A stretch of 64,000 nt of DNA from Octopus sinensis (taxonomy: Eukaryota), in NCBI RefSeq assembly GCF_006345805.1, contig NC_042998.1:177568001-177632000 (forward strand), given 5' to 3'. The position numbers were made by a program, and so were the translations under genes. The stretch's first letter is position 1. Every line of letters starts with the position of its first letter. Positions 57,772 to 64,000 of this stretch are shown piece after piece. The notes beneath the pieces were generated by a model. That model had not been told where the DNA came from, did no database searches, and worked only from the letters and a program-made list of their open reading frames with translations.

Positions 57772-59216
57772 AACACATGTATGTATGTATGTATATATAC
57801 TCCCAAAAACTGAAAACAAAAACATAAATATTTAGCATCCAAAACAACAATAAACCAGAATCACTACACATAAGGCATTGCTAAAAATAGAATGTATTTA
57901 ATATATTTCATTTGAAAGAGTAGAATCAGAGTATACATATGAAATAAAATGACCATAATACTATAATATTAATGACTTAACTACATAGTATTTGCAGTGA
58001 AGCAGCAACAACCATTATAAGTATTAGCTTATGAAAATCAAAATCAAATACATGTATACATAGATTAGTGAATAAAACATTGAACACACAAAATATATAT
58101 ACAAAAACAGAATCAGTTATATAGGTGATTAATTCAAGCACCATATCTGGATTACACAGAAATGATTTAAACTATTATATACAATGAAATGAATATAACA
58201 TATCTAAAATAAGTGAAATATGTATTATTGGGTGAAATGATTTTAATGTTACACACTGATCACTTTTTTTGTTTGCTTAGTCTACATATTATATTATTGC
58301 AAACTAGTCAAGAAAATACTGAGGTTTTGATTTTGAAATAAGTTTATATACATATATATACATACATACATACGTACGTACAGCAATAAGAAAATGGAGG
58401 GGATGAAAAGGAGGTATTCATCAACCTTTAGACATTATATTATGCATATTTATTTATTAAAAAAAAAAGAATTATAATGTACATACATGTATGACATATT
58501 ATGTTTTACATATATAAAAATATCAGTAAATGCAGAACATAGAAAGTAGAATATTCTACATTCTATGTTCCACATTATATATTTTAATAATTACTGGTTT
58601 TTTATATATGTAAAGCATAATGTTATACATGTATGCACGTTATTATAATTGTTTTTTTTTAATAAATAAATAGACATAATATAATATCTAAAAGTTGATG
58701 AGTACCACCTCTTGATCCCCTCCATTTTCTTATTGCTGTATAAATTAAGGGTAAAACAACTTTTTACCCACACCCATTTATTACATTCAGTAGTGTAATT
58801 GCTATGCAATGAAAAAACACTTGTGTATTAATAATTGGGTATCTACCAGCAATATATCGGATAGATATTATCCCTTAGTTGGTTGGATTCACAACCTCTA
58901 ACTCTCTTGGAATTATATATATACACACACACACACACACAATATATATATATAAAAATTAAAGAAAAACCACTATTATGTAATTCAAACAAATATATAT
59001 ATATATTCATTTTTTTTGTATTTTTTGTCATCTAGTTACATGTTTTATAATATATTTTAATTTTTTCTTTATGATTTGGTTTATGTCTATCATTGTTTGA
59101 ATTACATAATAGTGGTTTTTCTCTAATTTATATATATTATATATTTATATTGTGAAATTTGATTTAATACTAAACTGAATTTTCCCTGTAAGTTTGGAGT
59201 TATACTCCCTAATATT

Positions 59217-59263
<47 letters not shown>

Positions 59264-62024
59264 ACATACACATGTATGTTCAGAGTGATATATTATCCCG
59301 GCAAATACCATGGTAGCTCTCAGTTATGTTCCAGGCTATGGCTAGCTACAAAGGAAATAAATTTTGAGGATGTACCAGTCTCTGTATTCTCTATCATTAT
59401 AATTGTTGCATATATTCAAATATATATACAAGTGTACACACACATACGCGCGCACGAAATTCTGAATTTTCAACATGTTTTATACCTTGCAAAGGTAATT
59501 ATTTGTTTTTGCTTTTCAAGGTATTTTCCTTCTGATTTTCAGTGCTTTTTTTTTTTCCTGTTTTTAAAATTTGTTTCTTCCTCAAAAATAAGGGTATTGC
59601 TAAACTCTAGTGGATTGTAAATATAAAAGAAAGGTCCTTGAAATAAAATCAAAAGAAATAGAAATAAAAATAATATTTGTAAATGAAGGAAACCAATTAA
59701 TACATACTCGTTTTGTGAGAGGGACCTCTACTGGCACTGGTACAACACCAGCAAGAATGCATCCATAAAAAGCACAGCTGAATGAGATGGGATCATTGTT
59801 GGGATACACAAGTGCAACCTAAAAGAATTTAGAAAACATGAAAGATTATGAAATGTTGCTACAATGTAAGAAGAGAGTATCAATTGTGATTCTGATGAAA
59901 TTCATTATAAGTCTTATATTAGTAGAGGTAATGAATGGGAAATTATAAAAATATTGATTTACTTTCCACTATTGGAAGATGTTTAGAATGTATCTGATTG
60001 ACATAACAGTTAACTCTTCACAAATGAAATATATAATGTTTGAATATCAAACTTGAAATAAATAACAAATCCTTCCATCATAATATATATTTTCAGATGT
60101 TTAGAGGCTGAAAAAAAAAAAAGAAGACTTCAGTGATGAATTGGTTTAGATACCAATATTATAAAGCCCCTTGGTACCAAATGCCATATTTAGTGTCATG
60201 GTGACAGTATCACTGGCATCTTTATGACTATTTATCATTACAGCACCAACAAAGAATTGCTCTGATAACTTAGGTGACACAATTCAGAGGGGATGGTTTA
60301 GCCTAGACAGAAAATGGCAGAGATAACTTTTTGCAAACCCACACGCCCCAAATAATGGCTGACTTTGATAACTTAGATGATACAGTGAAAAAGGAACACT
60401 TTAGACCTAGCAGACAGCACAAGATGTCATGTCCATTTATCATGACACCCCCACACCAAGAAATAGTCTAGTGGGGGGACACTTTAGTCTTGAGAGCCAA
60501 GATCTTTAGTGTTCATGGCAATGTGGAATGCACCCAGTCAAAAATGAAGGAAATGAAGAGATGTGGATGCTGCATGCAGGCAACTTGTTTTGGAGAGCAG
60601 TTATTCCAAATAACTGATACAAGGTAAAAGTTCAATCAGGGAAACCTTAATTAGACCAGTGATATAATAAAAGGCACCCAGTACACATTGTAATGTGGGT
60701 GGTAGTAAGAGAGTATCCATCTGTAGAAATTGTACCAAAAACTGGGATGTATGAATAAGACATGCAGTCTACCTAAAAAGACAGTAACTCTAATTAATTA
60801 AAAACTGAAATAGTGTAGAAGCTAATTCCTCTAGTGATGGTGGAATAGTTGAAAAGTGTTGTGGAGAGGGGGAAAAATGATGTTACCACAAAATTATTTG
60901 AAATAGCTACAAACAGTAAAACATGCTCACTCTATCACCGCTTTTGATTCCGATTTCTCCACTCTTTTGACCAACTTTGTTCAATAAATTGTAGGCTATT
61001 TTATAAGTTCTGCTTAATAGTTTTCCTGTAAAAATTGAAATAAATTATATGAAACTTACATAAACAGAGAAAATTATTACAAAATTTTTAAGAGATTGAA
61101 AGTACAATGTACTTTCATTTTAATTAACTAAAATCATTTTTCAAACTGAATCAATTCATCAGACAGAGTAACATGCAATAAGAATACGAAAACATAAAAA
61201 TACAAGGATTAAAATTTGCATCACTAGCAAATTGTTTGTGAAATTCATCAAGAAAATGCTTTAATTTCAATTAATTATTCCAAGTTCCAATCAAAAATTA
61301 AAAGCTGAAAAGTCAAATGATTTAAACACATTATCTCATAGTATTCCTTTCATTCAACCTCCTACTGCCCTCCTATTGTACCACTCCTTTATACATTGGT
61401 GCAGTGAGCTTTTTACTTTTGATTTAAGTCTTTTTTACTTTACTTCTCTTCATACAAAAGAACTGTATTTCCTCAAGCTATGATGAAGGCAACGTATCTA
61501 GAAGAATGGATTTCCAAAAGTGGAGCTCACTATTAATTGCTGGCAGTATGATAAACAAAAGATCTGTTTACTTCAAGCCAAATAGAAACAATTGTTAAAC
61601 AAATGGCAATAAGTAGGTACAGCTCTGTAGCAAGTTAGTCACAGACAATGGTGATTATATTTTCCAGTTCAATCCTCTTTGTTTGCTAATAATCAACATC
61701 ACTGCAAAGGTGCATAAATATTTACAGGAAACTTCAGAGATGAGAAAAACAAAGCTAAAAACAATAATGGTTCAGTTATTAACAATTAACCAAACATGGT
61801 AACTTTAAATGTTAATAACACCAATTGCCACAAGAATAAATTTAGATTAGCTACAATGCAAACAATAAAGATCTTCAATATCTAAATTTTTAATTCTTAC
61901 CATAAGTCAAATTATATGTGGGCTTGCCATTTTGGTCAAGTACTGTAATTGCATTGGCCTTATAAGTAGATGAACCATATCTCTGAACAGCAGCTTCTAA
62001 ACTCTTTGGTAAACCCGAAGGAAT
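2099..62024 (-). CDS. DIP2: Disco-interacting protein 2 homolog, spliced CDS (32 exons in window; N-terminal exons lie beyond 64000); tandem FAAL-like/AMP-binding domains
   Basis: 32 exons joined by hand with GT-AG sites and matching phases give 3738 nt with no internal stop. DIP2-type motifs include [65 protein letters not shown] and the terminal [12 protein letters not shown]. Confidence 0.97.
4900..5045 (+). mobile_element. Truncated SINE-like repeat with (GAT)n tail
   Basis: gatgagggttccagttgatc...gaaattaatgtgcaag resembles a recalled cephalopod SINE body; ends atgatgatgatgatga. Confidence 0.5.
5272..5395 (-). CDS. DIP2: DIP2 window-exon 31: (E)[40 protein letters not shown](C)
   Basis: ccgcag|AG, TG|gtatgt, 124 nt. 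Confidence 0.96.
6757..6905. repeat. Copy 1 of a ~150-nt local direct duplication
   Basis: Differs from 8120-8270 by 2 substitutions and 4 single-base indels (by-eye alignment). Confidence 0.9.
8120..8270. repeat. Copy 2 of the ~150-nt local direct duplication
   Basis: See copy 1 at 6757-6905. Confidence 0.9.
10060..10620 (-). mobile_element. RTE-clade LINE 3' fragment (degenerate RT C-terminus)
   Basis: Minus translation [44 protein letters not shown] resembles RTE/Expander [20 protein letters not shown]; contains stops. Confidence 0.8.
11630..12090. repeat. Compound (TA)n/(CA)n microsatellite with recurring ATAGATGCAT sub-unit
   Basis: Seen directly; source of several spurious YI-rich ORFs. 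Confidence 0.95.
14489..14663 (-). CDS. DIP2: DIP2 window-exon 30: [58 protein letters not shown](E)
   Basis: ttgcag|ATT, G|gtaaga, 175 nt. Confidence 0.96.
14791..14865 (-). CDS. DIP2: DIP2 window-exon 29: [25 protein letters not shown]
   Basis: ttctag|CTT, GAG|gtaaga, 75 nt. Confidence 0.95.
15541..15660 (-). CDS. DIP2: DIP2 window-exon 28: [40 protein letters not shown]
   Basis: ttacag|GGT, AAG|gtaccc, 120 nt. Confidence 0.96.
16307..16477 (-). CDS. DIP2: DIP2 window-exon 27: [57 protein letters not shown]
   Basis: tttcag|GCC, CAG|gtagga, 171 nt. Confidence 0.96.
16638..16714 (-). CDS. DIP2: DIP2 window-exon 26: (T)[25 protein letters not shown]
   Basis: ttctag|CT, AAA|gtaagt, 77 nt. 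Confidence 0.95.
17747..17838 (-). CDS. DIP2: DIP2 window-exon 25: (S)[30 protein letters not shown](T)
   Basis: ttccag|C, A|gtaaga, 92 nt. Confidence 0.95.
18180..18310 (-). CDS. DIP2: DIP2 window-exon 24: [43 protein letters not shown](S)
   Basis: tattag|ATG, AG|gtaagt, 131 nt. Confidence 0.96.
18713..18874 (-). CDS. DIP2: DIP2 window-exon 23: [54 protein letters not shown]
   Basis: taacag|GAA, AAG|gtaaga, 162 nt; P-loop-like motif of the second domain. Confidence 0.96.
19210..19349 (-). CDS. DIP2: DIP2 window-exon 22: (G)[46 protein letters not shown]
   Basis: ttccag|GT, AAA|gtaagt, 140 nt. Confidence 0.95.
19690..20185 (-). mobile_element. Cluster of degraded tRNA-derived SINE fragments
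   Basis: Motifs ggatgaaagcaaagttgac, gatttgaactc and ctaatgattctgcca match the better-preserved SINE at 41981-42207. Confidence 0.6.
20428..20469 (-). CDS. DIP2: DIP2 window-exon 21 (42 nt): (G)[13 protein letters not shown](G)
   Basis: aaatag|GG, G|gtaagt; matches DIP2 GIDLIAAFYGCLY.G. Confidence 0.93.
20617..20740 (-). CDS. DIP2: DIP2 window-exon 20: [41 protein letters not shown](G)
   Basis: ttctag|GTG, G|gtaagg, 124 nt. Confidence 0.95.
21394..21474 (-). CDS. DIP2: DIP2 window-exon 19: [27 protein letters not shown]
   Basis: tcacag|CAT, AAG|gtacaa, 81 nt. Confidence 0.94.
21665..22030 (-). mobile_element. RTE-LINE 3' tail copy with (GAT)n end and internal ~60-nt sub-repeats
   Basis: catcatc..gtttaatgtc..ttccatgctagcatgggttgg...ctggatgcccttcctaac..ccaaccactcc shared with at least 8 other copies in the window. 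Confidence 0.8.
22405..22478 (+). mobile_element. Short RTE 3' tail copy, opposite orientation to its neighbours
   Basis: gtccaacccatgccagcatggaaaatggacattaaatgatgaagaagacgat. Confidence 0.7.
23040..23604 (-). mobile_element. 5'-truncated RTE LINE (end of ORF2 plus 3' UTR)
   Basis: Same tail family; 23490-23604 is the reverse complement of the ORF2-end sequence seen at 28600-28750. Confidence 0.8.
23654..23835 (-). mobile_element. RTE 3' tail copy
   Basis: ttccatgctggcatggg...caaccactccaagagtgtagtgggtgctttttacatgcc. Confidence 0.7.
24605..24717 (-). CDS. DIP2: DIP2 window-exon 18: (D)[37 protein letters not shown] (inter-domain linker)
   Basis: ttgcag|AT, AAG|gtaaat, 113 nt. Confidence 0.93.
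26445..26577 (-). CDS. DIP2: DIP2 window-exon 17: [44 protein letters not shown](D)
   Basis: ttttag|ACC, G|gtgaga, 133 nt. Confidence 0.95.
27113..27211 (-). CDS. DIP2: DIP2 window-exon 16: [33 protein letters not shown]
   Basis: tcacag|AGT, AAG|gtaaat, 99 nt. Confidence 0.95.
28268..28352 (-). CDS. DIP2: DIP2 window-exon 15: (R)[28 protein letters not shown]
   Basis: ttctag|A, GAA|gtaagc, 85 nt. Confidence 0.95.
28593..28992 (+). mobile_element. 5'-truncated RTE LINE: ORF2 C-terminus, 3' UTR and (GAT)n tail
   Basis: Plus frame [30 protein letters not shown] resembles the RTE G.RGRGRPRKTW..VVK.DL end; followed by ggcattaggaagggcattc and an atgatgatg tail. Confidence 0.8.
29231..29358 (-). 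CDS. DIP2: DIP2 window-exon 14: [42 protein letters not shown](R)
   Basis: tttcag|GGG, AG|gtaaat, 128 nt. Confidence 0.95.
30096..30176 (-). CDS. DIP2: DIP2 window-exon 13: [27 protein letters not shown]
   Basis: ttgtag|GTT, CCC|gtaagt, 81 nt; RTGLLGF motif. Confidence 0.95.
30941..31077 (-). CDS. DIP2: DIP2 window-exon 12: (A)[45 protein letters not shown]
   Basis: cctgcag|CT, CAG|gtgagg, 137 nt. Confidence 0.95.
31518..32706 (+). mobile_element. Decayed Tc1/mariner transposon, probably DD37D (maT)-like
   Basis: Transposase motifs WFFYDEK (WFFSDEK), KFPATV and [14 protein letters not shown] (WPPSSPDLNPLDY); ORF-track 31757..32017 HTH-like [11 protein letters not shown]; degenerate TIR pair tcagtttttttgaggacat / atgacctcaaaaaagtga; frameshifts and stops. 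Confidence 0.8.
33227..33366 (-). CDS. DIP2: DIP2 window-exon 11: (R)[46 protein letters not shown](A)
   Basis: ttgtag|A, G|gtaagt, 140 nt. Confidence 0.95.
33603..33717 (-). CDS. DIP2: DIP2 window-exon 10: (W)[37 protein letters not shown](R)
   Basis: ccaaaag|GG, AG|gtaagc, 115 nt. Confidence 0.94.
34082..35244 (+). mobile_element. Decayed mariner transposon with internal deletion
   Basis: Motifs [15 protein letters not shown] (WVPRELT), [20 protein letters not shown] and LEHPAY; degenerate TIRs tacaaggggaagtaaaaaatt / aattttttactcttcttcata with TA ends. Confidence 0.88.
35954..36193 (-). mobile_element. Possible Penelope-like RT relic
   Basis: Minus ORF contains [15 protein letters not shown], resembling the Penelope KIHK...RPIVS motif; single weak motif only. 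Confidence 0.3.
36493..36612 (-). CDS. DIP2: DIP2 window-exon 9: (A)[39 protein letters not shown](W)
   Basis: tttcag|CT, T|gtaagc, 120 nt. Confidence 0.95.
37247..37340 (-). CDS. DIP2: DIP2 window-exon 8: [31 protein letters not shown](A)
   Basis: ttccag|AGT, G|gtattt, 94 nt. Confidence 0.95.
37572..37636 (-). CDS. DIP2: DIP2 window-exon 7: (G)[21 protein letters not shown]
   Basis: ttatag|GA, TGT|gtaagt, 65 nt. Confidence 0.95.
37745..37921 (+). mobile_element. RTE 3' tail copy
   Basis: gcattaggaagggcatc...tccaacccatgcc...aaatgatgatgatga. Confidence 0.7.
39413..39515 (-). CDS. DIP2: DIP2 window-exon 6: [34 protein letters not shown](G)
   Basis: tttcag|TAT, G|gtaata, 103 nt; P-loop-like motif of the first adenylation-like domain. 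Confidence 0.95.
40822..41690 (+). mobile_element. Ty3/gypsy LTR-retrotransposon pol relic (RNase H through start of integrase)
   Basis: Plus translation [48 protein letters not shown] resembles HY.P.LP..VA.DAS..G.G..PIAHASK.L...QNYSQIEKEGLAIIF; then [12 protein letters not shown] and [12 protein letters not shown] (resembling integrase IDYAGPF); no LTRs seen. Confidence 0.75.
41981..42207 (-). mobile_element. Near-intact tRNA-derived SINE
   Basis: A-box-like TGGCAGAATCGTTAG, B-box GGTTCAAATTCC and body gtcgactttgcctttcatcctttcggggtcgataaattaagtaccag; flanks share a short tcatta. Confidence 0.88.
42442..42545 (-). CDS. DIP2: DIP2 window-exon 5: (G)[34 protein letters not shown]
   Basis: tttctag|GA, GAA|gtgagt, 104 nt. 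Confidence 0.95.
42806..42929 (-). CDS. DIP2: DIP2 window-exon 4: [41 protein letters not shown](G)
   Basis: tttcag|GAT, G|gtaaga, 124 nt. Confidence 0.95.
43342..43514. mobile_element. piggyBac-like MITE
   Basis: ttaa-ccccttaacattt at the left and aaatgttaaaggg-tttga at the right: terminal inverted repeat with a TTAA-type flank. Confidence 0.6.
43745..43870 (+). mobile_element. Fragment of a second SINE family
   Basis: ggcaccttgggcaaatgccttctact matches 52640-52961. Confidence 0.6.
44820..45072 (-). mobile_element. Second SINE family, partial copy
   Basis: Reverse complement of the 52640-52961 family (tagtagaagacacttgcccaag). Confidence 0.7.
45920..46092 (+). mobile_element. RTE 3' tail copy
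   Basis: ggtatcaggaagggcatccaaccatagaaac...gttaaatgatggtgatga. Confidence 0.7.
48198..48662. mobile_element. piggyBac-like MITE interrupted by an RTE tail (48366-48600)
   Basis: Left ttga-tccttttgaaac and right gtagcaaaaggg-ttaa form a degenerate TIR pair; AT-rich body resumes after the insert. Confidence 0.6.
48366..48600 (-). mobile_element. Well-preserved RTE 3' tail copy
   Basis: catcatcatcttcgtttagcgtccgctttccatgc...ctggatgcccttcctaacgccaaccactcc. Confidence 0.8.
49518..49603. repeat. 31-bp inverted repeat around a (TA)n spacer
   Basis: Arms 49518-49548 and 49573-49603 are reverse complements with one mismatch. Confidence 0.92.
50500..51620 (-). mobile_element. RTE-BovB-like LINE fragment (RT plus C-terminus)
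   Basis: Minus translation [20 protein letters not shown] resembles WSGHLVRM.D.RLPKIVLYG; PTLFTI.FSMM near 51500; C-terminal F.CSHCG-like remnant; multiple stops and deletions. Confidence 0.85.
52640..52961 (+). mobile_element. Second SINE family, long copy
   Basis: caccatgggcaggtgttttctact...ggatttggtagatggaaactgaaagaagcccgtc...gaataagtactagg...caagtaaaagaataa tail. Confidence 0.78.
53070..53270 (-). mobile_element. Degraded RTE 3' tail copy
   Basis: catcattttaagtccactttctgtgctagcatgggttagacagtttgac. Confidence 0.6.
54609..54653 (-). CDS. Candidate DIP2 cassette exon, 45 nt: [15 protein letters not shown]
   Basis: cccttctgcttttctccatttgtacag| acceptor and CAG|gtgagt donor; stop-free, phase 0/0 like its host intron. 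Confidence 0.6.
55088..55145 (-). other. Degenerate minimal hammerhead-ribozyme core fused to a 17-bp perfect palindrome
   Basis: Minus strand reads TTGAAGA-CTCC-actagaat-GGAC-GAAA-GCGC-TA; palindrome arms at 55108-55124 and 55129-55145. Confidence 0.5.
56547..56774 (-). mobile_element. tRNA-derived SINE with 15-bp target-site duplication
   Basis: Same family as 41981-42207; gcatgaatttatatt at both 56532-56546 and 56775-56789. Confidence 0.9.
58529..58576. repeat. Imperfect 48-nt palindrome
   Basis: gaacatagaa-a-gtagaatattctac-a-ttctatgttc with outer aatg/catt pair. Confidence 0.8.
59708..59818 (-). CDS. DIP2: DIP2 window-exon 3: [37 protein letters not shown]
   Basis: ttttag|GTT, CGA|gtatgt, 111 nt; lies within ORF-track 59600..59809. 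Confidence 0.95.
60931..61025 (-). CDS. DIP2: DIP2 window-exon 2: (G)[31 protein letters not shown]
   Basis: tttacag|GA acceptor, AGA|gtgagc donor, 95 nt, phase 1 to 0. Confidence 0.93.
61901..62024 (-). CDS. DIP2: DIP2 window-exon 1: [41 protein letters not shown](G)
   Basis: ttacag|ATT acceptor, G|gtaaga donor, 124 nt; resembles DIP2 SLEAALQRWG...GKP.Y.LTYG. Confidence 0.93.
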
Positions 62025-63389
62025 CTGTAAGATATCAAAAAATATGGGACTGAATTATAGATATGTTTTAATTTAACCCTGTGTTACTAACCTGGTAACA
62101 TAAACCAGAAATTTTCTGATTTATGTTAACCAACACAGCTAAAAATGGTTGAAAGCTAATCATATTTAAATGAGAATTTCAGTGCAAATCTCAGTACATT
62201 TGTGAAAATGTGATTTCACTATGTAAACAATTGATTTACACTGTCAGACATTATTTTACATGATATCTGAATGCTGCGAAGTTTGGGAGATTTTTTTCTT
62301 CACTTTTTTTTTTCTACTTTGATTTTCTAAACTGTTTCAATTTAAGTGAAAACTGGACACCAGCTTCATGTTGTGAAACAGTAAATTTCAATTCAAAGTA
62401 TTTTTGAAAGAAGACAGAGAAAAGTTTGAGAAAATATGCAGCAAACATGAAAACTGTGTGTAATTATGAATGTACAGTTATAGTTATATACACAAAGAGG
62501 GAAAATTCTTCATAGATCTAAAATAACTATAATAATGAAATTTCCCAATGCTGACTTCAGCTGAAATGATAACTTAATGTATAAAGTAGATCTAAATGAG
62601 TGTAATTTGAAATATATTTTAATAAGTTAGTCAGAAGAGAAGCAATACTCATGACCTTTGTAGGCCATCCCAGACCTTAAGACTGGTGTAGTTAACTTTG
62701 AGACTGCTGAAATAATAGCCTACAACCTAATTGTACTAAGAAATAACAGAACATGAAAGCTGGACTCGATCTTACATTTACACCCAAATTCTGAAATGAG
62801 ATTTTTATTTTGTTTTACTTTTTGAAACCATTGCTTATGAAATACAAGATAATAAAAACAATTAAATCACTTTCTTTCCAATGTAAGAAAATAATCCTAC
62901 AAAAATTGCTTTAATAAACAACAAATACTAAGTATATCCTAAATATAGATACAGATCCTTACGCAGGGATAATTCATCTAACAGCTTTGATAAATATGAT
63001 CAAATGGTACAAAATTGTGCACAGATTTATATATTTTCCTTTGATTCCCTTTCTCTGTAGTAGTAAGTTAGGTTTACAGTTCTCTTAGTTGTTAACGTTA
63101 ATAATAATGTTGACATTTGATAGCTGACACAACCTACTATTAACGTGCTAATTGATGGTGCGACCTTTGAAAATTGTCACCCCACCAACCACATGCATCA
63201 CACAAAGCGATAAAAATTACTGAGAATAGCTAATTCAGTATAGATATTTAAGAAATTTCATTTCCTTATTATATTTCCTTACATTGTATATTTTATCTTG
63301 TTTGAAATTTTTAAGTGTTGTTGTTTATTTCTTAGAGATCTATATATTACAATAGATACTTTCTATTAATACAGCTCATGAAAACAGCA

Positions 63390-63602
63390 AGCAGGCAGAA
63401 TCATTAAAGTGTTGGAAGAAATGCTTTGTGGTATTTCTTTTGACTCATAATGTTCTGGATTCATATCCGGCTGAGGTTAATTTTACCTTTCATCCCTCTG
63501 GGGTCAATGAAATAAAGAACCAGTCAAGTATTAAGGTTAATAGTAATGACTGACCCCTCACCTCGAAAACTGCTGTCCTTGTACCTCAATTAGAAACCAT
63601 TA
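63390..63602 (+). mobile_element. Degraded tRNA-derived SINE
   Basis: ggcagaatcatta...ttctggattcatatcc...ttacctttcatccctctggggtcaatgaaataaagaaccag. Confidence 0.7.
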
Positions 63603-64000
63603 ATACAAGTCATTAATTTGTAGTTAATAAGAGGTATCAAATGTATCTCACTTTAATTTAACTGCTTTTTCTAGCTTCTGAGACATCTCAGTAGGTCATT
63701 ATAACACTCTTCAAAATTCTCTTACTTTTAAAATCATCACATGTTAAAAACCGATACATTTAATCATACACATCAAAAGAAAACAGTTTTTAAAAATTCA
63801 TTGCAATCAATATATAAATCACTAATTACTATAGCTAATCATAATAGCAGAATAGTGTAGGCACTTCAACTTCATGATTATGTAAGAGGTTACATGCAAA
63901 AGATACTGACTCATCATCTGAAGCAAGTTTATCCATAATTACAAAACAGTAACAATTTTTATTTCAGTTTTCAGACTACAGCTATGTTGAGGCACTATTT

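Noticed and set aside
60300-60780. GC-richer block that may be another retroelement piece
   Set aside because: Only the last ~70 nt resemble the RTE tail; the rest cannot be assigned by eye
62962-62976. 15-nt MNYPC microexon candidate (ag|...|gtaagg)
   Set aside because: No real pyrimidine tract; weaker than the 63138-63164 candidate
1-64000. CRISPR arrays, rRNA, prokaryotic operons or defence systems
   Set aside because: No repeat-spacer periodicity or such genes; the window is an intron-rich eukaryotic gene

Overview
AT-rich, microsatellite-dense eukaryotic genomic DNA. The repeat families resemble those I recall from octopus, so a cephalopod source is an inference. One protein-coding gene spans the window on the minus strand: a DIP2 (disco-interacting protein 2) orthologue, 5'-truncated by the window edge. 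I traced 32 coding exons by hand from 62024 down to the TAA stop at 2099-2101. All have GT-AG boundaries and consistent phases; they total 3738 nt (1245 aa plus stop), cover both adenylate-forming FAAL-like domains and end in the DIP2 C-terminus DPIYVAYNM. The introns hold decayed mobile DNA: two Tc1/mariner transposons, RTE-clade LINE fragments and many RTE 3' tails, a Ty3/gypsy pol relic, tRNA-derived SINEs and piggyBac-like MITEs. The best unexplained signals lie in the two giant introns. The 16.8-kb intron holds a strong frame-preserving 45-nt candidate cassette exon, a degenerate Penelope-type hammerhead ribozyme core inside a palindrome and several fold-back hairpins. The 9.1-kb intron holds a ~150-nt local duplication. 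I found no CRISPR array, rRNA or true tRNA gene, and no complete new multi-gene system. Family assignments come from recalled motifs, not database searches.
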